Part shown: piece by piece, positions 26,528-40,853 of the stretch
Layout: each line of letters starts with the position of its first letter
Numbering within the stretch: the first letter of the stretch is position 1
The notes under the pieces: generated by a model
What the model was told of the DNA's origin: nothing
The model's database searches: none
What the model saw: the letters and a program-made list of their open reading frames with translations, nothing else
NCBI GenBank assembly: GCA_003344405.1
Contig: NOWV01000019.1
Span: forward strand, 1 to 64,000
Direction of reading: 5' to 3'
Length of the DNA: 64,000 nucleotides
Source of the DNA: Trichoplax sp. H2
Taxonomy: Eukaryota
Program-made: the position numbers and the translations under genes

Positions 26528-29426
26528 CTATATATCAGGATTGTCATCTAATATTAAAGATTCTTGAGGTTCTTTATAGCTTTCATAAACTGCCTTAGCT
26601 GTCAATAGTGTTATAGGAACCATACTAGCTATGCTTATGCCCATAAAGATGTAGTTATATGCATATGAGGTTTCTATAATAGCAGATGAGCTAAAGGGTA
26701 ATGCAATATAGTTAAATATAATAAGGCCAATAGAAAATAACGTTTCCACATGAGTAAGTAAGTTGACGGCTAGGTATGGGTGTTTCTAGAATATAGGAGG
26801 AAAAACGATAATTTTATTGATTTACATACCAGTCGAACATAAGAAAAAATGAGAAATACAAATGTCTACGATAAATTCGGCAATCGATTGCAGAAAATTA
26901 ATTTTGAAGATACATGTTGAAATGCATTTTTAAGAATCTTTTAATCCGACTAACCAATACGGTGCTTTTCGTTGTTTGAATTGCATATCCAATTCTAGAT
27001 GAGGTATAAGCCTAGCATAAACGCAAAGTATTTTATCGTTAGTAACATAATTTGATTGATACTTAGTTGCAGCCTTATTTTTTTAACAATGATAGTTTAC
27101 CATTGCGCCAGCCATCAATGCAATGTAACCGTATGTGGAAAAATTCATAATAGCAACCATAAATGCGGCAATTCCACTTGCAAGAAGACCTGATACTAGG
27201 ATTCCAACATTGATAGGATCACTGCACTCTGCAATGTTCTGATCATCAGCTGGAAACCGAGATGCATCTATTGCTAGCATGGAAGTTACAAATCCAATTA
27301 TGATAAAGGCTGCCTGACATAGGGTTAATACAGTAAAGTCAGCTCTAGACCATTCCGAATCTTGAATGTTGTTGACATAATGGACTAAGGTCTGAACAAG
27401 CACAACCATACCAGACAGACTAACGCCGGAAGCAAGCGTGGCAAAGACCCTATACCACACATTCTGTCATTTTGAAAGACAAATCATAAGAAAATATGCC
27501 ACCTTAATTACAAATAAAGCGTATATTCTATTCATACTAGTGTTCAGAAAATCTTATCTCTGAGCCTGGCTACGTCGCTACTGCTTAGTGAATATATTCG
27601 TACATGTACTGGCATAGTCGCAAACGTAGCAAATTTGTTGTTTTACTCCAGACTATTCTGAGATTTTTCAACTTACCATTTCGTCCGTGTTCTTTTTATG
27701 AGTAATTAAGCCAAGTATTCCTGTAACAAAAATCTGCAATGGAATTCCAAATTAAAAGAAATAGCTGATACATTTACTACAGTCTTTTTCATTATCATCA
27801 TCCAATGAATAATTATTTATAGAACGTTATCATACAAACTAAATTAATATCACACAGTTTCTGCTTAAACAACCCATTTAAGGCCTATAGAACTTACCAC
27901 AACACCTTGGAAATGTAGAGAGATGACAGAAAAATTGAAGAAACGTTCTGAAAATATTGCTAAACCAAGACCGTAAATGATTCCACCAGTAATGATCATA
28001 ACGATGGATAGGGGAAACTTGCTAATACCTCTATGCGATTGTCGACCTTCCTGAGAGGATAATAGCTTACCTTGTTTAACAACTATCACGAGTGAGACAA
28101 AGTCTATAACTAACGTCGAAGCTATCTGAAATCCGGTGGGCATTGAATATCGAATTTGGTTATAGTCGTTTTCAAATAAATCAATAAAGAGTCTGGCTGT
28201 GCTTGCAGACGATATTACGGCGGACATGATACTTAGTGATAATAAAGAGGCAGCCTAAGAATAAATATTGGAATTAGTCTCATCACTATTATTGAAGATT
28301 GATGATACCAATTCTTTAATCGGATCATTTTGATATAATTGACAAGTTTAACCGAGCTCATTAACTCCTATTAAGCCTCAATACTGTTTTATACCTACAT
28401 TTTGTGATATCATTTGTAGGATTAATGTTTAAATCATGTATCAGTATGCTATAGCGTGCATTGACTGGTTCATTATGCGTCGAAAAAATGATGGCTAGTT
28501 AATTTATCTTACAAGGTGACAAAGTAAGCATCTAGTTTAAGTGTTTAAGGATGGAACTTTGATAGGAGTGTGTTCCACAAATCAATAGTGACGTGTTTCA
28601 CTTTAGATGATGAAATAATATTGAATTGTTATTGAAGCAACTATTGGGCAAACAAATTTTCATATTTAGTGTTAAATACATTTTAAAAGAAGTGAAGGCA
28701 ATAAAACGCATGGATATTCCTTCAGTTCTAAATCGCAAACGGCTTCAGCATGCCGCAACAGTTAAACTAGAATTAAGCAAGTCTGAGCCGAGCATGTTCA
28801 TAAACTCTATACTAATTTACCTTCTAGCATTAATTAATATTCAATACTTATAAATTTCATGATATCAAATACACGCAGTTTTTTTTATGATTCCGAAAGG
28901 TCCATCAACTTACTTCAGAAGGTGACGTCATAGTTAGATCTCGGACTCGCAATAAAAATATACCAAGAACAATTGCCTAGTCAAATTAAAGTTAATACAA
29001 TAATTAGCCATCTTGTATAACGTGAGATGAACAGTAAATTGAAAGGAAAGTAACGATTTCAACATCTTTGTATTTCATAGTGAAGCACTTTCAAAGCTAG
29101 AAAATGTCGCTAAGATGGAGTAATGCAATGATAACAGTAATCAATTCTTGGTAAAAGAAGAATGGAGAAAATGGCAAGTCGGGAGCTCATGACTGTAAAT
29201 TAATGATTGCAGAAGGACTGTAGCTAGTATGACGATTAATATTCTAAAGTGATTCACGTAGGACTAGATAACTCACAAAGTTGGCAGACCAAGCTGGGTC
29301 AAACAACAGTGGGCTAATATATATTTTAAACATAGCAGCATTGAGAGAATAGGATGTAATTCCTGTTCCAATCGTTGCTAAAGCAAAGAAAATTAATATT
29401 CCGCCAAATAGTCGTCCAGAAGCCAT
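26528..29426 (-). CDS. Multi-pass membrane protein, paralogue B (7 exons, 434 aa, ~12 TM; three MS4A/CD20-like tetraspan repeats inferred)
   Basis: Exons 29426-29277, 28976-28914, 28254-27898, 27733-27677, 27463-27101, 27011-26955, 26785-26528, all phase 0 and open; shares FDP.WSA, YNQ.R..MP, FSVIS.HF.GV, NVW, W.RADFTVL, AYT.SRIG and Y.FMGISI.SM with paralogue A. Confidence 0.9.
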
Positions 29427-32400
29427 TATTCATCAACACAAATACGTGACCAGCAAACCTATGGCCAAAAGATTATCAGAAAAACTTTCACTATAATTAA
29501 CGATTCACTTTCTTCTCGCTGTCAGAAGCCTATCATCATTGTAAATGAATTTCTTCACAACTTACAGTCAAGTTCAATAATTTTTTATCCAAACTTTCAA
29601 CTTGAATTACTAAAGCACGGCTGTCGGTAGTAACCTACTACAAAAGTTGAAAATAGAGTTCTCTAATGGTTGTTATTAATTTGACTTACCAATCTATTCA
29701 ATATATAGAGTAAGGGTCTACGAAAGCTGATACTATCATATCAAGAGAAGAAAATTCGTTGAGTAGATGAGCAAAATTGCATACTTTAATAGTGTAATTT
29801 AACTTGGATTAGTTCCTGAAAGATATTAAGACCCTTCATGAAGTGAACAAACAATTAACTCGATAGATACGACTAGATAGCATTATCTACTAGTTAGCCA
29901 ATACATTGTCTGTGATGAATGATAACGACGCTCGAACAAAATAATACAAAGAAAACTGTTAGCCAATAGCTTGGCTTAAATATGATGTCATAGTTTGTCC
30001 CATTAATTACAGCCCGTACATATTTACCTGTTCAGTAATACCGGACTTGGTGTTAGCCTTTATACCTCCTATAATACTGAATTAAACTAGTAGCGAACGA
30101 CTAGGATAAGTATAGAAAATCAATTCTCTTTTCCTAGATAAAGAATGCTAGAGATCATAGAATCTCTCATAGACACCACCTAGTTAGTAATAAGCGTCTT
30201 ATTCTTAGATCATAGGCAAAAATCTGCTTTTCTTTAGAATTAGCTACATGATGTTGGATTAAAAATTCTTAAAGACCCTTTCCATTGGTGAGCCAATCTA
30301 GTTTAAACTTTATTATGTAAAGTGCATACTTGTTAAGAATCATGATATCGAAAAATTGTACCACTAAATTAATATTTTCCATCTGCCCATACATCAATGT
30401 CGTAAGTGCCATCCTTTTTCTTTTCGATTAAGAGGTTAACATGTGGACGTTATCCATGCACTATAGACTTCTGCGGGCTTTAACTTATAGAAGGTGTAGC
30501 AAAGCAATTCACTTCAACAGCAAAGCTACGATCGAATTCTTTATTCCACAACGAATATAAGGTTGATGCTCAATCAGATGTAATTAATTCATTAATTTAA
30601 ATTCATCAGGCTATTTGGAGTACGGTAAATTTTAGATTATAGTCACAATTTACTTAAAATAGTTTCTATGAAATGGCAATTTAGAATATTATGGATTATA
30701 AATGACTTTATATACGCATATAGTGAATTATATTTAACGAGGATTCGTTAAGATCTAGGATATTTACGGCTTTGATTTTTGGTATTGTTTACGAAAATAA
30801 ATACGCTAAATCGAATATCATGTTGCAAATTCTGGGTTAGGTTGTCACTTAAATAGAAATATGTCTTCATAATAGCTACGATCGATCCTGTAGATTCATA
30901 AATAATATAACGAATGTACTACTAATAAATAATACAATCTGAGACGTTCTGAATTATTTTTTCAAAACATCAGCAAACACTTAGAGGAATAATTCTTCGA
31001 CTACTTTTATCGAGTACTGAAATAATTACCTCAAGCTAATTAGAACTTTAATAATTTGGGATAGACTACTGTTTGCTGAAAACTAAAATTACAATAAAAT
31101 CCATAAATGAGCCCTTTTAAATTACTGGAGTACATTCAAACTGGATAGAAAAGGGATACAATTAAAATTATCTGAGTTCAGTTTACAGGCATTATCAAAT
31201 AAACATGCCGTAGAAGGGCCTAAAGTTTTGATTTTAAGCGACAGATTCGGAGGTCATGTCGGTTTGATGAAAGTCTAGGATATTTTGGGTTGGGTTACAG
31301 CTTAATAAAAATATGATACAAGTTATTGAACGTAAAAAATGAATTTATATTAGATAAATAACCCAACTTAAGGCATACTGCATCAACATGTATTTCGTTA
31401 ACATCAGCGATGTCAGGTTAAACTTTAGCTTTAGATACAGTCATAAGGTTACGGCATCGCCTTAATTAGAGCCTGACAAATTCAGGGCTAAGTGACAGTT
31501 TCTGAACTGTGAACTACTGAAGAGCTTCGAATAATCTTTTTTTCGCTTACTAATAGCATGCAATTAGCCCATAACTGCATGCAAGATAAAATCCAATATC
31601 TTAAAAATACTTATCAGCATCTGCAGCAAATGATAAGACATTTTGTTCTCCTATAAGATGTATTCTGAGGGCAATTAATCACACTTATTATAATAAGAAG
31701 AATTTACTTAGCTCCTGGTTGGATTATATTCCTGGAAGCGTAATTACAGTAGTTAAAAACTTGATAAAAATTGCCTATTAACGTATAAACAAGATTAATT
31801 TAAGATGTTATCATTTTTTACGAAGAAATAGTAATCGTTTTAATAGCGATTAGTTTAATTTCAGGATCCAATGAGTATGGGATATATTTAGAAGCGATCA
31901 GAAATTATGCCATAAATGAAATCTTAGGCTAAGGTACCGAATGTATTAGGTCTATCTTAATTGTTGATTAAAAGCCCTTGATGTTGTTTAAAGCTATTCA
32001 TCCAGCACTTAGAACAGCTCAAATTCTCACTAAGTAATAAATTAATATCCGTGACTTAATAGTAAATCTTTTTGATACCGTTTTGTAACTAGTACTCAAC
32101 AACTATGAGATAAGTTTTTAATTCCGACCCGGTAAGCTCAATATTTCAGAAGAGCATCTCTGCAAAGGGCTATCAAGAAAATTGCATTATAATCTTTTAT
32201 TGGCCAGAAGCAAAAGCTTTTCTAATTTATATAAATGATATATGCCTATATAATGTTTAATGATCATGGAATCATGGATCGAGAATGATGTCATAAATAT
32301 ATACTAACAGTCTAGGATGTTTATTAGTGAATATTCTAGCGATATTTAATTGTAAAACCGGAATCTTCGTAAAATTTAATGAACGAGTAAATCAATATGT

Positions 32401-34983
32401 CAAGATTGCTCTACTTATGTAAATTGCAATATGAAGTAATGCCTCCAACTGTTCTTATTCTCTTGCAACAGCTTCTTAAAGTTTCAATAGCCTTATGCAT
32501 ATTTAACGAGCTAAAGATGAGACAGTAAAAATGTGTATTAAATCACCGTTCAACATGTAAATTACTCTGCTATTTTTCAGACATGATTTTTCGAAGACGT
32601 AAATGATGTCAAATGTTATTTAATTGCTGTGAAGTTTCATAACCTAAATGTTAGCGTCACGATCGAGATTGTAACACAGAGGGATAATATTAAATAGGTA
32701 TACTCTACCTTCGTTAATCAAGTACAACTGCCTCGTAACTCAATATTTCATAGAATTACCCTTTCAATATTAGTCTTTAAAACTGTATAACCGGTAATAC
32801 TCTACCTTTTATCCTACGGACAACTTTATGATCAACGTGTATACTAGTCTACTTTACTATTGGCTTTTTAACTTAATTTACACAGTTTAGTCTTGAAATT
32901 TTGCATAGATGAATCAAATACTAAACTTGAATCAAATGAAGGAAAATCAATGTCGGTTATATAAGCCTTTGTGTCGTTTCTCAACTACTATATCGGTTAG
33001 CATATTCTGTTGTTATGTTCTAAACTGCCATTTTCTACACGCAAGATTAATAAATCATCTAAAACCTGTGTAAATGACCGTTATCAAAACTATCGAAAAC
33101 TCTCAGCTTTCAAACATGCAGATAGAGAGCTGATTCCCTTTACAAGAACTACCGATGACAAATCGCTATGAAAATTTATATGGTTATCATATTTCATATT
33201 TACGATATATGCCATTACATGCAAATCAACCTTATTAAAATATGCAGAATAACAGCATACATTTAATCCAGAAATTTGTAATTAATACCTAAGTTAATTT
33301 AGACTTTAAATGTCCAGAATAAATTTAATGAACCATAAAATATTTTCAATTAAGGCATTAAGAGTTAAAGTATTTTAAGCCTATGTATTCAAATAAGTTT
33401 TCATAATATGGATCTAAAATCAAGACTATCAAATGAATATATAAATGTTTATTTCTGAGATGCTTATAATCAATCCGTAGCATTAATAAAAAATAGAATC
33501 AAAACATTCATATTAATGACCAGCAATACAGAATATTAATTATGAAAAGGATGAAATTATTTCAAATCTTAAGATAGTCAGCAGAGTTGAAATGTTTCAA
33601 AAAGCAACCAGAAATCACCTTATCTTAGTAAGTTCGTTTAATTCTCTAAATTTTGGTGATAATTAAAATGTAATGAAAAATTTATGTTTTTCAGTGCAAG
33701 TGGGTTAAATTTACTTTTAATGATAGATCAGGTCAACAGCGGCAAAGTGTAGTGCATAACCATAACTAAATTCCAGCTTGCACATAGGTATTTTCGTTAA
33801 AATGTACTTTAAGCCTACCTTATTATTAATATGATCGCCAACTATACAATATGATCTACTCTCACGAGAGATATAATAAAATCAAACATGATGCATGTGG
33901 ACCTTAATCAAATCAGTAAAGGTTGAAAATTAACGTTACTGCAAAAATTAAATTTTATTCGTTATTTCAGATGATACTACAGTAAATAACACAATTTACG
34001 TTTTAGAAACTTCTTATAGTAATTTAAAGTTTTTTATTACTTTCAGCTAATATGATTTCATGGCTAAAACGTAATATTAAGTCTGCTCCATTAATTCTTT
34101 CAGCTAAAATTTTATTCTATACAAGCACTGGTACAAGTAGACATAGCAGGTTCATTTGTGATAACGAACGAAAATCATATATGGTAAAATTAATGTGCAT
34201 AAATATTCGTATGATATCCGGGTAATCAGTTTACGGTATGAGGCTGATCTCTCCCTATCAACATATTACAGACTCAAGGAATAATTATTACAATTAGAAG
34301 AAGAGCGTTATGTTTTAAGTTTAATCGATCCATGATTGTTTACATGGTGCATGGAAATCAAGCTCTAGCAACTGCAAAAGTTGTAATATTTTGCAATGTA
34401 TCCTAAATTATCATTCGCTTCAACATTTATATTAACTTCTATCACATTAGAATTACACGTACATTTAATATATTGCTGCTATATTAGCTACTGACATTGC
34501 CTTTCAGAATTAATGTTAATCAATAATATTCTGAATATTGTACTAAAGGAAATTTTTAGCGGATTACGTCTTACTTCGTTAACTGTAAAGCAACATAAAA
34601 ATTAATATATTTACTATGGCCAAAAACTGTCCTCTAACCGTACTTCTTTATTTCTATTTTATTCATAGATCTGTGGGTAATGTTATTTTAAGCTATTAAT
34701 TCTGCTTTCGCTGTATTAACAACTATCTGTTAAAAGATGCTGGATCGAACTAATGCACTGCTTTTTCTCAATGGACTTGTTAATCTGTGTTGGCTTCTCT
34801 TATATAGCTAGAATATGCTCTTAATCAAACTAATAATTATAATCATGCTAATGATTAATATCATTTTTTGAATAGAGGTAATAATTGTATAATAAGTAAG
34901 AGGAAGATTGTTTTAATAAGAATCTATATACGAAGTTGCATTGTCTAATGAGTACAGTATGAAAGTAGCGCGTTCAGCTATAA

Positions 34984-35500
34984 TATCAAAACAACCCCTA
35001 TAGCTGTTTAAGACAGGTTATTAAGTTTGTCCATGCATTTGCTGCCTAGTCAAGTTATAACTCGTCCGCTGGCAACGATGAATTATAAGCTGACTAATCA
35101 ACTTATAAATTGACATATTACCAAGTCAGTTCATAAACTATGGCCCATATATTCCGCCGTTTATAAAGTACCGAAGCAATATTAGCTGTATCATGCACTG
35201 ATGTCGAATATCACCCAGTACATTCGGCCGTTTTTAGACCGATGCTTGTAATCAAATATCAGATACGAACTGACTTAATGATACATCAGTTTATAAGTTG
35301 ACAGTGGCTTTGCAGTTTATGAACGGCAAAATTTATGGGCCACAGTTTATAAACTGACTGTGCGATACGTCAATTCATAAGTCGACTAGTCACTTTATAA
35401 CCTATCATTGCCAGCGGACCAGTTATAACTTGACTACCCAGCGAATAAATAGACTAGCAGAATAACCAGTCTGTAGCAATTGATAAGTCATTTTTGATAG
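34984..35500. mobile_element. Foldback/MITE-like element with long imperfect inverted arms
   Basis: tagtcaagttataactcgtccgctggcaa... (35047) pairs with ...ttgccagcggaccagttataacttgacta (35436); pairing extends inward >100 bp and outward ~60 bp. Confidence 0.8.
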
Positions 35501-36902
35501 CTCTTGTTAACAGATGTTAATTGTATAGTAGCATAGTAATAGGTAGGTTTTAATCATCTAAATTTGGAAATCAGCTAATAGTAAAGATCAAAATCTATTA
35601 ATAGTTAATATAATAGTCTTTTAATTAGCATTAGTTAACTACCATTAATATCTTAGTTAGCTAACTAAATATTTAATATATGTATGAAATAATGCTAAAT
35701 TTCTTAGTGACAATTAAGAACAATGAAGGATTAATAGTGAGCTATAACCACTTTACTACTATTAATGCTTGTATGCTACTAAGTGACTGCAGTGTAAATG
35801 CATCACAATGTCCTATCACCCAATATGGAAATTTCGAGCTAGGCCTATGAATATGCTCTGATTTTATTATCAGTATGTCTTCAATACTAGAGTAGTAGGC
35901 CATGAAGTTGTTGTGGTGTAATATAAACAAATTACAAAGTGCTACTAGTAGCCTCACTGAAGAGTTCTCACTGGTCAAAATCCTTTATTTCGCCGTATGG
36001 ATAACCAAAAATTAATCGTGCGTTACTTTTGAGATTGAGTCTTAGCTCATCGCAAATATTCGTAAACTAACAAATTATCATACTCTAGCTACACCAGTAT
36101 TCATTAATTGTTAGTAACGTTAATTTTAGTAAATAAAGGAAATTATCAGCAACTGTATTCTTACTACAGATACACAACGATAAATTACTTTGTATATTAT
36201 ATAATAAAATTTCAACTCTTTCTTTAACGGGAAATATAGCTAAGATACAGTATCTTAAAAATAATGTGTCGAACATTCATTTCTTTTTTACTCTACGTTA
36301 TTGCATGCATTAGCTCTTTATCAATCTAATCTGAAAGCAAAGTCTATTTCGGGCCTGCACTGCAAGAAATCAAACAGGATCCCTATATTTGAGTGCTCCA
36401 GCAGTTGCAGCTGTTATAGATTACATGAGTTCATCGTTAGTATTATTGACAAATGTCAATCGGAACGCTTATAAAAACAAAATGATTCTCGTATGATAAC
36501 ATATCTGTTTAATCGCTTTGTTCAGAAAAATAGTTCACTCAATATCTGTTTTTTTTCTTTCCTAATCATAATCATATAAGCCTATGTCAAATAAATCGTT
36601 ATTAATAATCCGTTCGTTACTAGACGTATCGCCCATCATACAGCATTACCCAATTAAAAGATTTATTCATAAACTAGTCATTTTTAGCAAAGTATTAGAT
36701 AAACCAGCTATAATGTACTGCAGCACAGGATAGAATATTTGATATTATATTAGTTATTAAATGTAATGTATTAAACTAACAACCACTCAGTAGTTGATAC
36801 TACGTACGTCTTATCAGAGCGCTATCTACAGAGATGCAGCAAACAACTTGTTAACTTCAAGAATTAGTGAAACAATGAATGTTTTATCAAAAGTTAAAAT
36901 AA

Positions 36903-39900
36903 CTATACATTTCCATTGATATTAGCCATCCAAACTTCTAAATCGCACATATATGCTTTCATTCCTCTAATTTCGTCCTCATCAAACAAAAACCCGTAAA
37001 GGAACATTGTCATCGCAATTGTGAAGAAGAGTGGACAAGCAACGATAACAGCAAGCTTTATCCATTCGTTATCAGATGAATGATAATTGATGATGCCAGA
37101 AAGGATTGCTAGTGCTAAAGACAAAACAACCAGGAGACAACGATGAAAATGCCTGAAATTGGCAATTTTTACATTGTCGTCTAAAATAGCATGAGTTTCC
37201 TGCAATACTTGCATCGTTTCCGTCGGATCCCCTATAAAATGTAAACGGAAAAAGATGCACGTTAGAATTAGCGATAAATACTCTAGCAATATTGCGACAT
37301 AAAAATTTATAATCGTTAAATTAGTAAAGATCCGTTCATTGGCATGTTGCAACAGCATAACTATGATAGAACCTACCAGACATATCTTGACGTTGTCTCA
37401 ATCTTCTAGCATTTAATTGAAAAGTAGCTTCTACACCTTCGTGGTCAGAATAGTTAAAGGCTGCATCTGGAATTCTGCCTAGAGTGACTTGACAAGCTTG
37501 ACTTTTCAAATGGTCACCACTATATAGAATGTAATCGATTCGCTTCTCAATTTCATTTGCGGGAGTAAAGGAATTTGTCTTTGCAGCACAGGTAAACCCA
37601 CTCATCTGCTATATAGAGCAAATAAAGCAACGGGCGTCAATATCACTTTGTATATTTTCAGAACAACTACACCCGGCAATTTCCTACAGTGGTAACGTTT
37701 AACGAGTCAGAATAATCAATATTATTTCTATTATACAACATTACCCCATCACCAGCCTCGAGCCATGCATCTTTAAGATCCAGCGAAGTAGTAATAAATC
37801 GATAGCCAATGTCTTCAGGCTCAAAATTTAAATCACCAATTAAAATTACCGGGCTATTACCTGCAGTAAATCGTATTAACTGGCTCAATTGTACGATTTC
37901 AGTAACCCGATGAGGCAAGTAAACGTCATTATCTCGATTATATTCGGCATGGATCTAATCAAGGCAAGGAATAATAGGCAGCATTAATGACTATGTGTAA
38001 TTTTATCCAAGCAGGTTATCGAAATTTGCGATTCATACATTCAATATGGCAATTGTTTCAGAAGTAATGGCAAGATGAACTCAATCTTACATGTGTTAAA
38101 TAGACATTTAATATGGTGCCATTGACATCAATTTTACAAAATCCCACGCCCTTTTTGCCAAGCCAATCGCCATGGTTTAGTGCATACGGATAACCACTTA
38201 GTGTGTATGCGGTAAAAGAGGTTGCAACAATAGGAAAACGTGAAAAGATACACTTGCCACTTCCAATTTTTCCACTGTAATAGGCCAAAATGAAATTGAT
38301 TTAGTCATCTGAAATTTGTAATTTGCAGTTACAGTATATATTATCGACGTACGTCGCAAATTTAAAACTATTTTAATGAGACAAAGTACCTATAAAAGTA
38401 ATGAGAGTGAGGGAAGACAGCTTTGAGAGCAACCTTTAATGCTTCATAATTTTTGATGAGCCATACCTAAAGTATTTAAAATGTTACAAAATATAATCAT
38501 ATCTTGTCATAAAGAGATCTATCAGCTGATTTTAAAGCGATAGTCTAAATACAAACTTCTGACATTAGCTGTTACCACTAATCATGCCCGTACTGGTAAA
38601 CACGAAATATACTGTACTCGTATTTATGATTTTGATTTATTGCACATACAGTTGGTCTAAGTGATGCATAATCACATGCGTGCATAATTCGTTTAGAATA
38701 TTTTACGCTAATAGTAAAAATAAATTTTTGAAACCTCTTGCAATCCAATAATGTCATAATCGCTTTGTCGTAACGCCTCAGCAAGGTACTTGAATCTTTC
38801 ATCGCGATGTGGCGAAAGCGAAGACAATGGTAGACCCCTATAAAATGAATGGAATACATAGGTGTTAAGTAATAAGCTTGTATAAATAAATTTATTTGGC
38901 CATTATGAGGTACGCTTGAATCCACTAAGAGCGTAGAACACGCAATGTAACAAGTGAGCACTAATTGTAACTTTCATCCACTATCATCACGGTGTTATGT
39001 AGACACTAAACAATCTCTAACAGTAAATCGGAATCTGCTAAATCATTATTATCCCAAGCGAATGCAAATCTAATCAATTAATATTAAGAGGGCACTTTGC
39101 ATAATTGCTGTTCTTATCTAGTACGGTGCCAGTTGTGAATGCTGATAAAGATTCATTACTTGTGGAGTTGTGGTTCATGTATAGCTTGATCAAGACAATA
39201 TAGAATTAATTAATTGCTGTATAGGCAAATACTGGACCAGTATAGTATTGTCATATGAGTACGCATATCGTTTTATTTTAGTTATCATCCAAAAGATTTG
39301 TACATGAACTAGCAGCTGCACTGTGCGAAAAAGATCGGGGACCGACGATCTAAACTACTATACAACATGACTCTGTTGTCGGACAGAACTATGGTCAGAA
39401 CACAACGATGTGCATACCACTTACGCTGAAGAGGAAACGGATCAATAGTAATATCCGACTCCTACGAGGAAATTACTAGTTGGCAGCTGCCTACACTGTC
39501 ATGATAACGATTTGGGACGAAGTCTTGATACACCATTGGAGTTATCAAGGCAGTTTCCATTATTGATGGTATCAGTGATTACAAATTGACCTTAGGAGAT
39601 TGTTCAACTCGATTTTGCAGCATGAGAGTCTATGCAGATACATTAGACTGGTTCAATATGTGATATATGATAAGGTCAATTCTACTGTAATGTAGTCTTT
39701 CCATAGTGGTCATTGTCAATACAGAAAGCGATAATACGCTATCTTGTACGAACAGCAGCACCAGAGCTGCTGTAGAGAGTTTTTCGTACATCGATCACTG
39801 CATCTACTGTGCTCTGCTATAACATGGCATACTGTAATAACTGTCAAAGGATAAACTGCAATATTCGATAATACTGTCGATAATTAATATTACAGAAATG

Positions 39901-40037
39901 GATTACTGCCATTGCAACGATGCACGTTAATCGTACATTGTATTAGCACCAAGAGAGCTAAAAATTGGAAAAATGGTGAAAATGCAATCTACGTAGACTT
40001 ACCAACAGTTCAAAGTTAGAACGCGCAGTTGAACCAT
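36903..40037 (-). CDS. SMPD2: Neutral sphingomyelinase 1 / Isc1-like (EEP-fold phosphodiesterase with two C-terminal TM helices)
   Basis: Exons 40037-40003, 38837-38735, 38466-38390, 38274-38091, 37954-37745, 37608/37605-37377, 37231-36903 with consistent phases; motifs LRVLTLNCWG, DIIGLQEVW, GSG..IFSRFP, HGDWLGKKGVG, THIHAEY, GDLN, KRIDYILY, YSDHEGV. Confidence 0.95.
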
Positions 40038-40774
40038 ATCGTGTAGCTAGGAGAGTTTATAAGTTCAAAATAATGCAATATCAATCTTGTAATTTTTCAC
40101 TGTTTTCAATTCAATGCACAGCGATCAAAATGAACCAGATACAGTCCTTCAGATCGTAGATATGCAGCCTGCCCGTACCTTTGAGAAGCTTGCCTATTGT
40201 CCTTTTCGGATTATGCAAAGTTGCCCAGGTAATGAAAAGCATTGGGTGTACAGTAGCCCGTACTTCGTTTGGTACAGTAGCCACTGTAAATACCACATGA
40301 CTAGGCATTAACGGGGATGTAAAGGCAATAACGCCCAGCTGGGTGTATGCAAAGCAAATAAACCAAGTTTTGCTCATGGAATAATCAATATATGCTGGAG
40401 TATCTACGAGGGCAATTGCAAACGGCGATATGGTAATCGACGTGTGCAATTCCCTGCAGCCATATTACTTGACCCCAAAGCGTGATATCTCTATGTCCAT
40501 GGTACAAGCTTTCATAATACTACAGTGCCCACTTAAACAGCCAACCAATCAGATGGGAGAGATCGCCGACCCACCAACACACAGATAAAAACGGACCACA
40601 TAATTTTGGGAGAAAATTACTGATTTGCCACTGTACAGTACAGGACAGTATATAATTTAATTTCATATTTACCAATATGCCATTTTAATTTCAGTATAAA
40701 TTATGCAATCTGCGATAGGATAGTAATTTATACAGTATATACTGTACAGTACAGTACTGTAAGGTATATAGTAT

Positions 40775-40853
40775 AAGAAGAGAAGAGGAAGAAGAAGATA
40801 AGATAGATAGATAGATAGAAGATAAGAAGAATATGATAGATAAATAGATAGAT
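40775..40853 (+). repeat. Purine-rich simple repeats (AAG/AG and GATA)
   Basis: aagaagagaagaggaagaagaagataagatagatagatagatagaag... Confidence 0.85.

Noticed and set aside
38578-38961. 127-aa ORF
   Set aside because: Wrong-frame overlap with SMPD2 exon 2 and its introns
39425-39425. ttcag|C|gtaagt in SMPD2 intron 1
   Set aside because: Inclusion would frameshift; it may be the donor of an unidentified alternative exon; unsupported
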